DNA from: Acidobacteriota bacterium
Lineage (GTDB): Bacteria; Acidobacteriota; UBA890; WLXD01
Length of the DNA: 64,000 bases
Assembly (NCBI GenBank): GCA_963666215.2
Contig: CAXWPL010000005.1
Span: 704,001 to 768,000, forward strand
Direction of reading: 5' to 3'
Below the pieces are notes generated by a model. That model made no database searches. It saw only the letters and a list, made by a program, of their open reading frames with translations, and had not been told where the DNA came from. A program made the translations under genes and the position numbers. This document shows, one piece after another, positions 37,552 through 46,991 of this stretch (the stretch's first letter is position 1; the number at the start of each line of letters is the position of its first letter).

Positions 37552-38377
37552 ATGAAGTTTGACCTGCGGTACGCGTTCCTGGTGTCGGCCGTGATCCACG
37601 CCGTGTTTCTGCAGGCCCTTGGTGGCGCTCTGGCATCGCGTCCCCAACCCGTTGCGGACGCCGGCAGTGAGACGCTGCGCCTGGTCTTCAACCTGGTCGA
37701 CCCGGTCGATTTCGACCCGACGCGGTTCGCGGATCACACGACTCGTCCCGATTCACTCGCCAACGACCGCGGCGAGGGCGCCAGCGCAACCGACGGGAAT
37801 GAGACCGCGGCGAGGGCAGCAAGTCCGGGGAACTCAACGGATCTTGCGGAATCCGCGGATTTCCGCGGAATCCGCAGACGGGGGCCGTGACGACACGCGG
37901 GAGAGCTGGCTGCAGCGGCGCGAGGCACGTGTTCGCGAGAGCATTGAGAGTCTGGCAACGCAGATCGGGATCGAGCTACCGCCGGCCGACCTGGCCACGA
38001 TGCAGCTAGCCTTCCCTGCCCTCTACCGCTTTGCGCGAGCCGAGACGGTGCCCAGCGCAGCCACGTACCGAGAGCTTCTCCGCACCTACATCGACCTGCG
38101 CATGGGCTACCCGCACGCCGTTCTCCCCGACCTACAACGTAACGAGCTCCAGCGCTTCCTTGGTGAGCTCATCGTCCGCGTCGACATTGACGGACAGTTC
38201 CACTTCGTGGGCTTCCAGCTCCATGCCGAAGTCAGCGACCCCACCGGTCGCATCGGGCGACACTATCGTGCTGCACTGACACATGCGGCAGCCGAGCCGT
38301 TCGTACCGCCGCACAAGGCCGATCTGGCGGCACCGCACTACCTCGAATATCGCCTGCTCAATCCGCTCTACCGCTGA
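37552..38377 (+). pseudogene. Hypothetical protein with TonB-like N-terminal anchor, split by a 1-bp frameshift near 37860
   Basis: AFLVSAVIHAVFL (SxxxH); removing one T in GATTTCC restores DLAESA-DSAESA-DGGRDD and joins the two ORFs. Confidence 0.55.
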
Positions 38378-38418
38378 GCTCACAACACCACCGCTCGAGC
38401 CGCGGCGAATCGACGACT

Positions 38419-39258
38419 TCAGTCGCGGAGAATCGGCCGCGTCAGGCAGGTGGCGCCGCCCTCCGCCTTCACCGAGATCTCGTCCCCGGTGTAGGTCCGG
38501 ACCTCGCACCCGACCGCCTCGAGCCGCCGCTGCGTTACCGGATTGCCCGCGAGCATGACGCAGCGCCGCGGCGAGAGGGCCAGGACGTTGGGCCCGAGCG
38601 AAGAGAGCTCTTCTTCGGGCACCGGCACGATGTGGATGCCCTGATCGCGAAGCTTGCTCCAGAACGGCACCGGCAAGAGCGGCTCGTAGGCGACCGCGAG
38701 GTTGTCGTCCACCATGCTCACCAGCGACATCAGGTGCAGACACGCCACCTCACCACTGGCGTACGGCAGCTGTACGGGTACGAGGTCGACGTCCGTGCCG
38801 TCGAACGCCGTTCTCAGCTGTCGCAAGCCCTCGGCGTTCGTTCGAAAGCCTTGCCCGACGGCCAGAGTGTGGCGATCGAGCCAAAGCAGATCGCCGCCTT
38901 CGGCCGTGGCTTCGCCGCGCAGGCGGGCGTGAATCGGAACCCCGGCTGCCTCTAGGGCCTCGCCAATCGCATTCTCCTCGCCGCGGCGCAGCGCCTTCCC
39001 CATTCGCAGCAGGATCGCGCCTTGATTGCCCACGATCACCGGATCGTGAACGAACTGAGCGTCCGCGGCGCCTTCAATGTGAGTGTCGTGCTCGATAACC
39101 TCGCAACCAGCGCTCGCAACAATCTCCACGAATGCGGCGTGCTCGGCGCGAGCACGTCCCAGGTCGGGAGCGCCGGCGTAATGCCAGCGTTCGGGATCCG
39201 CGGCGCCAAACGCCGCGCTCGGGGCTCGCACCAGGACGCGCCGTAGCGCGCCGACCAT
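38419..39258 (-). CDS. Amidinotransferase / dimethylargininase-like (pentein) protein
   Basis: LRRVLV, A..EH, F..DP, R.GE, EGGD, RTN.EG, HL, N.L.L.P, GGATCLTRP; may start at CTG 39330. Confidence 0.88.
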   Translation of the reverse strand: MVGALRRVLVRAPSAAFGAADPERWHYAGAPDLGRARAEHAAFVEIVASAGCEVIEHDTHIEGAADAQFVHDPVIVGNQGAILLRMGKALRRGEENAIGEALEAAGVPIHARLRGEATAEGGDLLWLDRHTLAVGQGFRTNAEGLRQLRTAFDGTDVDLVPVQLPYASGEVACLHLMSLVSMVDDNLAVAYEPLLPVPFWSKLRDQGIHIVPVPEEELSSLGPNVLALSPRRCVMLAGNPVTQRRLEAVGCEVRTYTGDEISVKAEGGATCLTRPILRD

Positions 39259-39326
39259 GCTCTGGCACCCGAATCGGCGCGCGGAGTGGGCCGGCGGCGG
39301 TAGAACCGCCCCCGGCTGGAGGGCGC

Positions 39327-40277
39327 TCAGCTCGCGATCCCCATGGAGAGGGGATCCTCCCGACCTACGAGCAAAGTCGCTTCGGCCGTGATCCAGGCAC
39401 GGCCGGTGAGCGTCGGTATCACGCCGTTGCCGTCAGGAACGACACGGTAGGAGCCCTCGAACTGGCTGCCGATGATGCTCTCTTGGTGCCACGTCTGCCC
39501 TTCGGCGAGCTTCCCGTCGGCCGCCAAACAGGCGATCTTGGCAGCAGTGCCCGTGCCACAGGGCGAGCGATCGTACGCATTGCCCGGACACAGCACGAAG
39601 TTCTTGCTGTCGGCGCCGTCGCGCTCCGGCAACCCGAAGATCTCGACGTGATCCACCTCGGCCCCCTCGTCGCCACGAATGCCGGAACGCCGCAACGCCT
39701 GCCGAACGTCGACCGCAAAGGCGGTGAGATCGGTGAGCCGCCGACTGCTCACCACCTGCTCTGGCTCGTTCACGAGAAAGAACCAGTTGCCACCGTAGGC
39801 GACGTCCCCTTTTACCGTCCCATGGTGTGAGGTCGCAACGGAGACGTTTTCGATCAGCCTGTAGCTGCGAACGTTCTCCACCGACACCGCGCCGCCAGTG
39901 TGAAGCTCGACCGCGACGTCACCCACCGGAGTCTCGAAACGATGCCGGCCGAGCTGCAGGCGCCCGAGGTGAGCGAGCGTCACCGTCGCCCCGATCGTGC
40001 CGTGCACGCACATGCCCAGATAGCCGACGTTATTGAAAAAAATCAGCTGCGCCGCCGACTCGGAGCTCAACGGCTCGCCCACGAGCGTCCCCACCATCGC
40101 ATCGTGCCCGCGCGGCTCGTTCACCACACACGACCGGAAGTTGTCGTGCTCTCGCCGCAACCGTTCGAGACGGTCGGCCGCACTACCGCCGCCCAGGTCG
40201 GGAGCGCCGTCCACGACGACGCGCGTCGGCTCCCCCTCGGTATGCGAGTCGATGATTGTGATTCGCGTGTGCTCCAT
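39327..40277 (-). CDS. Proline racemase family, probable 4-hydroxyproline 2-epimerase
   Basis: IDSHTEGEPTR, EPRGH, FFNNVGYLGMCVHGTIG, YGGNWF, DRSPCGTGT (two catalytic Cys). Confidence 0.92.
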   Translation of the reverse strand: MEHTRITIIDSHTEGEPTRVVVDGAPDLGGGSAADRLERLRREHDNFRSCVVNEPRGHDAMVGTLVGEPLSSESAAQLIFFNNVGYLGMCVHGTIGATVTLAHLGRLQLGRHRFETPVGDVAVELHTGGAVSVENVRSYRLIENVSVATSHHGTVKGDVAYGGNWFFLVNEPEQVVSSRRLTDLTAFAVDVRQALRRSGIRGDEGAEVDHVEIFGLPERDGADSKNFVLCPGNAYDRSPCGTGTAAKIACLAADGKLAEGQTWHQESIIGSQFEGSYRVVPDGNGVIPTLTGRAWITAEATLLVGREDPLSMGIAS

Positions 40278-40612
40278 CGCTATCCGCCGGGCCGCGGGCG
40301 CCTCCCACTCAAGAAGCGCCCGAACATATCATGGTCACCGGGACGGGAGACCTCGGCGACGCCGCCCACACAGCCAAGCCGCGTCGTATCTGAGCGCTAG
40401 AGCGGTCTCTGTCCGCCGCGTGGTTCGGGGTCGAGACGGTCGATGCCGGCGGCTAACCACGGACCACGTCCAAGAAGTCCGCCAACAGCGCGGGTAGAAA
40501 CCGCCGTGCGCCGACTCGCACTCTTGTGTGACAGGCGACTATCCTGGAGCGAACCGCGATCGGCGGTCTCCAACCGCAGCCTCTGCCACCGCCACGCCCC
40601 TTCGAGGCACCC

Positions 40613-41092
40613 ATGCGCAAGCTCGCTCGCACCGTTCTACCCGCGCTGCTCGTCGGCTCGCTGGCCGCAACCGGCTGCGGCGGCTTTCACGGCCTCACCA
40701 AGCCCGACGTTGCCGTCGTGGGACTCCGAATCACCGACGTCAACGCCCTCGCCTCGACGGCCATCTTCGAGGTCAAGATCGACAACCCGAACCCGCAACC
40801 GGTCTACCTCGAGGGCTCGGTCCACCGCGTGAAGCTCAACAGCAAGGACATCGGTCGCGGCCTTATCGGTGAGCCCATGGAGCTCGAGCCGTTCGGCACG
40901 CTGACGGTCCCGGTCGAGATCAGTTTCTCGAACCTGCGAGTGGCCGACCGCTTGCGGACAATGATCGAGCGTCGCCGGATGGACTACGAGGTCAAGAGCG
41001 AGCTTCATGCAGTGATCGATGGCGAGCGTGCCAAGGCCAAAGTGTCGAAGAAGGGCCGTCTCGATCTCGATGGGCTCGTGCGAACTCGTTAG
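40613..41092 (+). CDS. LEA type 2 (LEA14-like) lipoprotein
   Basis: Lipobox ATGC; P.V.V, IDNPN motif, LN.K.IG.G. Confidence 0.8.
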   Translation: MRKLARTVLPALLVGSLAATGCGGFHGLTKPDVAVVGLRITDVNALASTAIFEVKIDNPNPQPVYLEGSVHRVKLNSKDIGRGLIGEPMELEPFGTLTVPVEISFSNLRVADRLRTMIERRRMDYEVKSELHAVIDGERAKAKVSKKGRLDLDGLVRTR

Positions 41093-41156
41093 TACGGGGC
41101 GCCGGCAAATTGACAAGGATCTCTGCGCAGATCCCTTCGGGGTGGCGGCCCGCGCT

Positions 41157-41558
41157 GTGAGCAACACGGACACCTCGGAGCTCCCCGAAGCGACGATCGA
41201 GCTGCCCATCGACGGCACGCTGGATCTGCACGCCTTCGCGCCCGGCGACGCCGCCGCGCTCGTCGGCGACTACCTCGACGAGTGCCGAAGCCGGCGGATT
41301 CTCGAGGTCCGCATCATCCACGGCAAAGGAATCGGCACGCTGCGTCGCATCGTGCATGCCGCTCTCGAGAGGCGCGACGACGTCGCCGCCTACAGGCTCG
41401 CTGGCGATGCCTCGAGTTGGGGCGCTACCCTCGTCAGTCTTGTCGAGCCTGATCCCGATATCTCTGATCAGAGCGATACGCCCGATCAGCCTGATCAGCC
41501 CGATCAAACGGCTCGGCCCGACCCCCTCTCCACCATCGGCCGAGGAGGCCCCACATGA
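41157..41558 (+). CDS. Smr (small MutS-related) domain protein
   Basis: LPIDGTLDLHAF, VRIIHGKGIGTLR, WGATLV. Confidence 0.9.
   Translation: MSNTDTSELPEATIELPIDGTLDLHAFAPGDAAALVGDYLDECRSRRILEVRIIHGKGIGTLRRIVHAALERRDDVAAYRLAGDASSWGATLVSLVEPDPDISDQSDTPDQPDQPDQTARPDPLSTIGRGGPT
41481..41507 (+). repeat. 3 x 9-bp coding tandem repeat (PDQ)
   Basis: CCCGATCAG CCTGATCAG CCCGATCAA in the Smr tail. Confidence 0.7.
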
Positions 41559-42592
41559 ACCTGCCGCGCACGCTCCTCTCCAGCACGCCGAGGCGCGGCC
41601 TCCGCGCACTCCTGGGCCTGCTTGTTGTGTCGCTCGCCGGCTGCGCTACCACGGCCACGCCCGCGTCCCCGAGCTCGGTCGACCGCGCTGCGCCACCAAC
41701 ACCCGTATCGAGCGACCGCGGTGAGCCGGAGGCCGTGTCGCTGCTCGGCGTCGAGCTGTTTCGGCCGCAGCTCTCGGAGCAGCGCCGCAGCCAGCTCGAG
41801 GCAAATCTCGCGGCCGCTCGCGCCGACTACGACGCCGACCCGAGCGCCGAGGAGAACATCATTTGGCTGGGCCGCCGAACGGCGTACCTGAGCCGCTATC
41901 GCCAAGCCATCGAGATCTACTCGGCCGGCCTCGACCAGCACCCCGACTCGTTCAGGTTGCTGCGCCACCGCGGCCATCGCTACATCTCGGTCCGTCGCTT
42001 CGACGATGCCATCGCCGATCTGTCGCGAGCCGCCGCGTTGCTCGAGAGCACAGACGACGAGATCGAAGCCGACGGCGTCCCGAACAGCATCAACACGCCG
42101 CTCTCCACGACGCAGTTCAACATCTGGTACCACTTGGGCCTAGCGCACTACCTGAAGGGCGAGTTCGAGGAGGCGCTGGCAGCCTACCGGCGCTGCCTCG
42201 AGGTATCGACGAACTCTGACCTGCTCGTGGCGACGAGCGACTGGATGTACATGACGCTGCGCCGCCTGGGCCGCGACACCGCTAGAGAAGCCGCCGCTCT
42301 GCTCGAGCCCATCACCGCCGACCTCGCGATCGTCGAGAACGACGCTTACCACCGGCGCCTGCTGATGTACAAAGGCGAAATCGCCCCAGATGATCTGCTC
42401 GACCTGCGCGCCGTCGACGACCCCGATCAGGCGCTCGCCATCGCCACGCAGGGTTACGGCGTGGGCAACTGGTACCTGGTCAACGGCCAGACGGCACGCG
42501 CCCTCGACGTCTTCGAGGCCATCGTCGAGGGGACGAGCTGGGCCGCCTTCGGCTACATCGCCGCGGAAGCCGATTTGGCCCGCTTGCGCTAG
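41555..42592 (+). CDS. TPR-repeat lipoprotein
   Basis: Lipobox LAGC; IW.GRR.AYL, RHRGHRYIS.R.F..AI.DL, WYHLGLA.YL.G.FE.A, FGYIAAEADL. Confidence 0.85.
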   Translation: MNLPRTLLSSTPRRGLRALLGLLVVSLAGCATTATPASPSSVDRAAPPTPVSSDRGEPEAVSLLGVELFRPQLSEQRRSQLEANLAAARADYDADPSAEENIIWLGRRTAYLSRYRQAIEIYSAGLDQHPDSFRLLRHRGHRYISVRRFDDAIADLSRAAALLESTDDEIEADGVPNSINTPLSTTQFNIWYHLGLAHYLKGEFEEALAAYRRCLEVSTNSDLLVATSDWMYMTLRRLGRDTAREAAALLEPITADLAIVENDAYHRRLLMYKGEIAPDDLLDLRAVDDPDQALAIATQGYGVGNWYLVNGQTARALDVFEAIVEGTSWAAFGYIAAEADLARLR

Positions 42593-42681
42593 CTGGAAGA
42601 TGGCCGCCAAAGCCAATTTCGGCCGCGTGCACTAGCTGGAACATCGCCGCCAAAGCCGATTTGGCCCTCCAGCCCTAGCTG
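42555..42681 (+). repeat. Three diverged 43-bp tandem copies of the TPR gene 3' end including its stop
   Basis: Units start at 42555, 42598 and 42641; consensus ACATCGCCGCCAAAGCCGATTTGGCCCGC.TGC.CTAGCTGGA. Confidence 0.85.
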
Positions 42682-42748
42682 ATCGCCGAGGCTGAGCCGT
42701 AGCGAATCGCGGAAGAACTCTTCATCCAGGGCATTCCTGGCGACTTGT

Positions 42749-42803
42749 CCGACAAATTTTCCCTTCGGTCTTGACAGGCCCAACCGACAGGAATATTTTT
42801 CGG
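42749..42803 (+). promoter_or_regulatory. Sigma70-type promoter bracketed by two 20-bp operator-like palindromes
   Basis: TTGACA 42771-42776, 17-bp spacer, TATTTT 42794-42799; CCGACA-N8-YTTCGG at 42749-42768 and 42784-42803. Confidence 0.65.
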
Positions 42804-42850
42804 TAATCCCCCCCCCATATCTCGATCCGCGCGAAGAAAGGGAATCCCCG

Positions 42851-43717
42851 ATGCACGTGACTCAACCTGCCAGCGCCCGTCGCTTCGAGATCGAGCTCGA
42901 GCTCGCCGCCCCGCGTGAAGAGGTATGGCGCGCGATCGCCACCGCCGAAGGACTCTCCAGCTGGTTCTCGGCCGAGGCTGAGGTCGAGCCGTATGTCGGC
43001 GGACGAATGGCCTGGGACTGGGGCGAGGCCTACCACTGGCCGCTGACGATCGACGTGTGGGAGCCTGGGAAACGACTCGTCGCCCGCCACGACTCGGCCG
43101 TCGACGACAACAGCGACGCGGCCGGTGGCAAGCTGCCACTGTTCGTCGAGTTCATTCTCGAGGGCGACGGTGGGCAGACCGTCCTTCGCCTGGTGCATTC
43201 GGGCTTCGGAGCAGAGGCCGACTTCGACGAGGAGTACGACGGCATCAGCCAGGGCTGGCCGGTGGAGCTGCAGAGCCTGAAGCTCTATCTCGAGTGCCAC
43301 CGCGGCGAGCGGCGACAGCTGGCCTGGGCCCGAGTCTCGACCAGCCTTTCGCCGGTCGAGGCCATGAAGCGACTCCTTGGCGACGAGGGGATCGCTTTCA
43401 GCTCAAACCGTGATCTCGGTTCGTTGAGGGCCGGCGACAGGTTCTCCGCGCGCCTGGCCGAGAATGCCGCGCTCGAGCTCGTGGCCACGAGCTCGCCGGG
43501 GGCGACGGGATTGGCAGGCAGCTCGCCCGAGCTCAACAACGCCTTCTTTCATGCGCATTCCTACCACCATCCCGAACACCAGGTCACTCACGTCTGGCTG
43601 TGGCTGGCTCAATACGGAGCTCCTGAAGAGCGCGTTCAGCGCTACCGCGCCAGCATGGAGGCGACACTCGCGCGCCTCTTCGCGCGCGCAGTGGCGCCCG
43701 TTGGGGCGAGCGCTTGA
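42851..43717 (+). CDS. SRPBCC/AHSA1-domain protein
   Basis: AP.E.VWRAIAT.EGL..WF, WEPG.RL, T.LRLVHSGF, GW...L..L..YLE. Confidence 0.85.
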   Translation: MHVTQPASARRFEIELELAAPREEVWRAIATAEGLSSWFSAEAEVEPYVGGRMAWDWGEAYHWPLTIDVWEPGKRLVARHDSAVDDNSDAAGGKLPLFVEFILEGDGGQTVLRLVHSGFGAEADFDEEYDGISQGWPVELQSLKLYLECHRGERRQLAWARVSTSLSPVEAMKRLLGDEGIAFSSNRDLGSLRAGDRFSARLAENAALELVATSSPGATGLAGSSPELNNAFFHAHSYHHPEHQVTHVWLWLAQYGAPEERVQRYRASMEATLARLFARAVAPVGASA

Positions 43718-44352
43718 GAGATCGCGTTGACGTTATCGCCGAGCCCAAGCGGGCGCAGATGCTCCTGCACCCGACTCGGCTCGCGATTCTCGAAGCACTC
43801 GACGCCCCGGGCTCGGCAACGACGCTGGCACGACGGCTCGAGGCGCCGCGGCAGAAGCTCAACTACCACCTGCGCGAGCTCGAAGCCGTTGGACTCGTCC
43901 AGCTCGTCGAAGAGCGCAAGCGCGGCAGCGTTTGCGAACGAATCTACGAGCGCGCCGGCAACAGCTACGCCATCTCGACGGCGGCGCTGGGCAGGCTCGG
44001 CAGCAGCCCCGATCGGGTGAGCGACCGGCGCTCCGCCGAGTACCAGATCGCCGTCGCCTCGCAGGCAATCGTCGACATCGCCGCGCTGGGTGACGCAGCC
44101 GCCGAGGCCGGCAAGCGGCTACCAACGCTGACACTTGATGGCGAGGTGGCGTTCGAGTCGCCCGAGGCTCGTCGCAGGTTCGGCGAGGAGCTCACCGACG
44201 CCGTGGCGCGGCTCGTCCGCAAGTACCACTCCGGAGCTGCCGAGAGCCGCGCCTACAAGCTCTACCTCGGGGCCTATCCCAAACCCAAGTTGCCAACCGA
44301 ACAACAGCGCCCCAACGGCGCGGGCAGAGAGAAAGGACAGACCGATGCCTGA
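43714..44352 (+). CDS. ArsR-like winged-helix regulator (HTH_20)
   Basis: LHPTRLAILEAL..PGSAT.LARRL..PRQKLNYHLRELE..GLV.LVEER. Confidence 0.88.
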   Translation: MRDRVDVIAEPKRAQMLLHPTRLAILEALDAPGSATTLARRLEAPRQKLNYHLRELEAVGLVQLVEERKRGSVCERIYERAGNSYAISTAALGRLGSSPDRVSDRRSAEYQIAVASQAIVDIAALGDAAAEAGKRLPTLTLDGEVAFESPEARRRFGEELTDAVARLVRKYHSGAAESRAYKLYLGAYPKPKLPTEQQRPNGAGREKGQTDA

Positions 44353-44779
44353 CATCCATCACGAGTTGACGGTGAACGCTTCACCAGAGGAGATCTTCGC
44401 GGCCATCAGCACGCCAACCGGTCTCGACCAGTGGTGGACCCTCACCAGCGCCGGCCAGGCGCGCGTCGGTTCCGAGTTCGAGCTTGGCTTCGGGCCCGAC
44501 TGTTGCTGGCGTGCCGAGGTTAGCCGCGCCGTCCCGGCCGCCGAGTTCGAGCTCGTGCTCGTTGAAGCCCACGACGATTGGCTGGGCTCGCGAGTCGGCT
44601 TCGAGCTCACGGCCAACGACGCTGGCGGCACCAACGTTCGCTTCCGCCACGTCGGCTGGCCCGAAGACAATGCCCACTACCGCGAGTCGATGGGATGCTG
44701 GTCGGCCTACCTCGGCCTCATGGCCCGAGCAGTCGAGACCGGCGAGACGGTGCCCTATGGCAGGCGGCTAGACAACTAG
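44345..44779 (+). CDS. SRPBCC/AHSA1-domain protein
   Basis: MPDIHH, ASPEEIF.AIST..GL..WWT, DW.G..V.F.L, RFRH.GW. Confidence 0.88.
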   Translation: MPDIHHELTVNASPEEIFAAISTPTGLDQWWTLTSAGQARVGSEFELGFGPDCCWRAEVSRAVPAAEFELVLVEAHDDWLGSRVGFELTANDAGGTNVRFRHVGWPEDNAHYRESMGCWSAYLGLMARAVETGETVPYGRRLDN

Positions 44780-44780
44780 G

Positions 44781-44895
44781 TGTATTTTCCAGGTCGCTCC
44801 GATGCCCCCGGCTCGCCCCCGACGGCGTCGGCATGACATCACCGATGGCTCGGGTCCCAGGAGTGAGTCCGTGACCAACCTCCCTAGAACTCACA
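44781..44895 (+). mobile_element. 115-bp internally deleted IS481 relic (MITE-like)
   Basis: Starts TGTATTTTCCAGGT, ends GTGACCAACCTCCCTAGAACTCACA; last 35 bp match the intact IS end at 31/35; retains degenerate transposase 3' end; flanked by ACTAGG/GCTAGG. Confidence 0.88.
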
Positions 44896-44896
44896 G

Positions 44897-45379
44897 CTAG
44901 GCGGGTTCTTCGGGTTGAAAACGCTGTTTCTGCTCCGGGCCCCGGAAAGGTCCGGGACGAATCAGCAACAGCGACGTCGCCTCGAGCATCTGCACGCCGT
45001 GCCCACCGGCGACCAGAACAGCGCAATCGCCGGTCGCAAGCTCGCGACTGGCGATGAGCCGGCGGCCGTCATCGTAGATATCGATCCGACAACGACCATC
45101 GCGCACAACGAGAACTTCTGAGGTTCCCGGCGTTCCGTGCTCTTGGCGCTCGTCGCTTACGTGCACGTGCGGCGCAACCACTTCGCCCGGCCCGTAGACC
45201 ATCAGGCCCACCTGCTGCTCGCACTCGGGCGGGGTGGCGAAGTGAGAAGCCGACGGCCGCAAGGTGGCGCAGATCAAGTAGGCGAGCGTTACCCCGTTTG
45301 CCTCGATGACCTCTGGGCCTGCGCCCGTCCCGATGCAGAGGTCGTCGTCCATTCCGCCCGGCGCTGACCCTTCCGACAC
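44897..45379 (-). CDS. Cupin-fold protein
   Basis: F.TP....QQVG, PHVH, TSEVLVV..G, L..GD..VL..GGHG. Confidence 0.7.
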   Translation of the reverse strand: MSEGSAPGGMDDDLCIGTGAGPEVIEANGVTLAYLICATLRPSASHFATPPECEQQVGLMVYGPGEVVAPHVHVSDERQEHGTPGTSEVLVVRDGRCRIDIYDDGRRLIASRELATGDCAVLVAGGHGVQMLEATSLLLIRPGPFRGPEQKQRFQPEEPA

Positions 45380-46771
45380 TCAGCTGCTCCGCGACGAGCG
45401 CGAGAAATCGATGCGATTGCCCGACGGGAAATGAATGGTCAACCGATCACCGTCGAGCTCAACGCGCGCGACCTCCGGGGTCGTGGCGGCCTCATCGGGA
45501 GTCGTCACGCTCTTGCGCAACAACGCCAACGGCAGCCCTGGAAGCGGCTCTCCCTGCGAGAAGTGATGTTCGTGGTGAAAGCTCAGCTGGTTGCCATCGA
45601 GCTCGTAGGTTCCCCCCTCCCCCGATGCGCGTGCCGCGTTGCCGTCCGCATCGAGAACAAAGAACAGCACCTGCCAGTCGCGATCGGTAAAGAAGATACG
45701 ACCGACAAGGGGATGCTCGGTGCCGTCGGCGAGCACATAACGCTCGGCTCTCCAGGAGCCGGCGAGCGGAACAGCGACCGACTGCAATTGCGCCGGCGAT
45801 AGCGATGGCGATGGCAATTTTTCGGCCGCTTCGCGAATGAAGTCACCGAGGGTGTCGAAGACCACCGCAGGCTCCTCGATGAAGGGAAAGTGGCCCGAGC
45901 GTTCGAGAACCACGACCCGCGCGTCGGGTATCGCGTCGCCGAGCGCCCGAACCATCTCGAGTGGAATCGAATCGTGAGCGCCGTGCAGCAGCAACGTGGG
46001 CGCATCGACCTCGCCCAGCCGATCCCACAGGTCGAGTCCGCCGCCCTCGGTGATCTTGGCGAACACCGCAGCGCCATACGCCCCCATGTTGGCGAACGTC
46101 GAGGGCTGAAAGTCGAGATTCAATTTCGCCATCGCGCGACGATCGAAGAACGTGCTGCGGAAGCTAGCGGCCAGCAGCGCGGCGGTCGCGCTCAGGTCGC
46201 CCGGCTGCAACCGAACCGCGTCCAGAAGCTGGTTGCGCTCGGCCTCGTCCTGCGTGGTTCGCGCGGCGCGCGCACGCTCGGCCGTGAGCTGAGCGAATCG
46301 CTGCCCGGGCTCGGAGGGCGAGATCAACGTCAGCGACGCCAAGCGCCCCGGGTGCTCCAGAGCATAGAGAACCGCGACGATGGCGCCGAACGAGTGCCCC
46401 ATCAGGTGCATGCGCTCGGCCCCCTGCGCAGCTCGCAGCGCATCGATGTCGGCGACCTGGTTCGTCAGGTTCAACGCGTCGGCGGAAACATCGCCCGCCG
46501 AGCTGCCAACGGCCCGTGGGTCGAACAGCAACAACCGGTGGCTCGACGCCAGCCGCATGAAGTGCGGCAGCAGGTACGTGTGTTCCAAGCCCGGGCCACC
46601 CGGCACTACGACTACAAGCTCACCCTCGCCGACCACGGCGACGTGCAGCGCCAGCCCGTTGGCCAAGACGTCGGTGTAATCGAGGGGGGCGTGCGCTTCC
46701 TGCGCCCAGATCGATCCGGCGCACCCCATCGCAATCAGCAGGGCTGCTCGCGTCGGGCCCCGCCAGCTCAC
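45380..46771 (-). CDS. Secreted alpha/beta hydrolase (proline iminopeptidase-like, S33) with C-terminal lipocalin-like domain
   Basis: GGPG, FDPRAVG.S, GHSFG, HGAHD, SGHFPFIEEP; tail LAGSW...GTYELDGN.L. Confidence 0.8.
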   Translation of the reverse strand: MSWRGPTRAALLIAMGCAGSIWAQEAHAPLDYTDVLANGLALHVAVVGEGELVVVVPGGPGLEHTYLLPHFMRLASSHRLLLFDPRAVGSSAGDVSADALNLTNQVADIDALRAAQGAERMHLMGHSFGAIVAVLYALEHPGRLASLTLISPSEPGQRFAQLTAERARAARTTQDEAERNQLLDAVRLQPGDLSATAALLAASFRSTFFDRRAMAKLNLDFQPSTFANMGAYGAAVFAKITEGGGLDLWDRLGEVDAPTLLLHGAHDSIPLEMVRALGDAIPDARVVVLERSGHFPFIEEPAVVFDTLGDFIREAAEKLPSPSLSPAQLQSVAVPLAGSWRAERYVLADGTEHPLVGRIFFTDRDWQVLFFVLDADGNAARASGEGGTYELDGNQLSFHHEHHFSQGEPLPGLPLALLRKSVTTPDEAATTPEVARVELDGDRLTIHFPSGNRIDFSRSSRSS

Positions 46772-46991
46772 CGTCTCGTCACGTGAAGGCCTATGCGAAG
46801 GCCATCGCCGCAGCGTGAACGCGCCTTGGCCAGCGGGTTGAAACAGCCGCGGCCGGCGAAACCGCCGGCCGCGCACGAACTCCGGCCGAAGCGCACCATA
46901 ATCAAGTCGCGGGCACACTGCAAAACTCGGCAGAACCGCCGGGCGGTCCCGAGGCGTGTTCCCAGGCTCTTCGGCGACTCGCCGGCCCGGA

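Noticed and set aside
42555-42681. CRISPR array
   Set aside because: Units are contiguous with no spacers, are degenerate, derive from a coding end, and no cas genes are present
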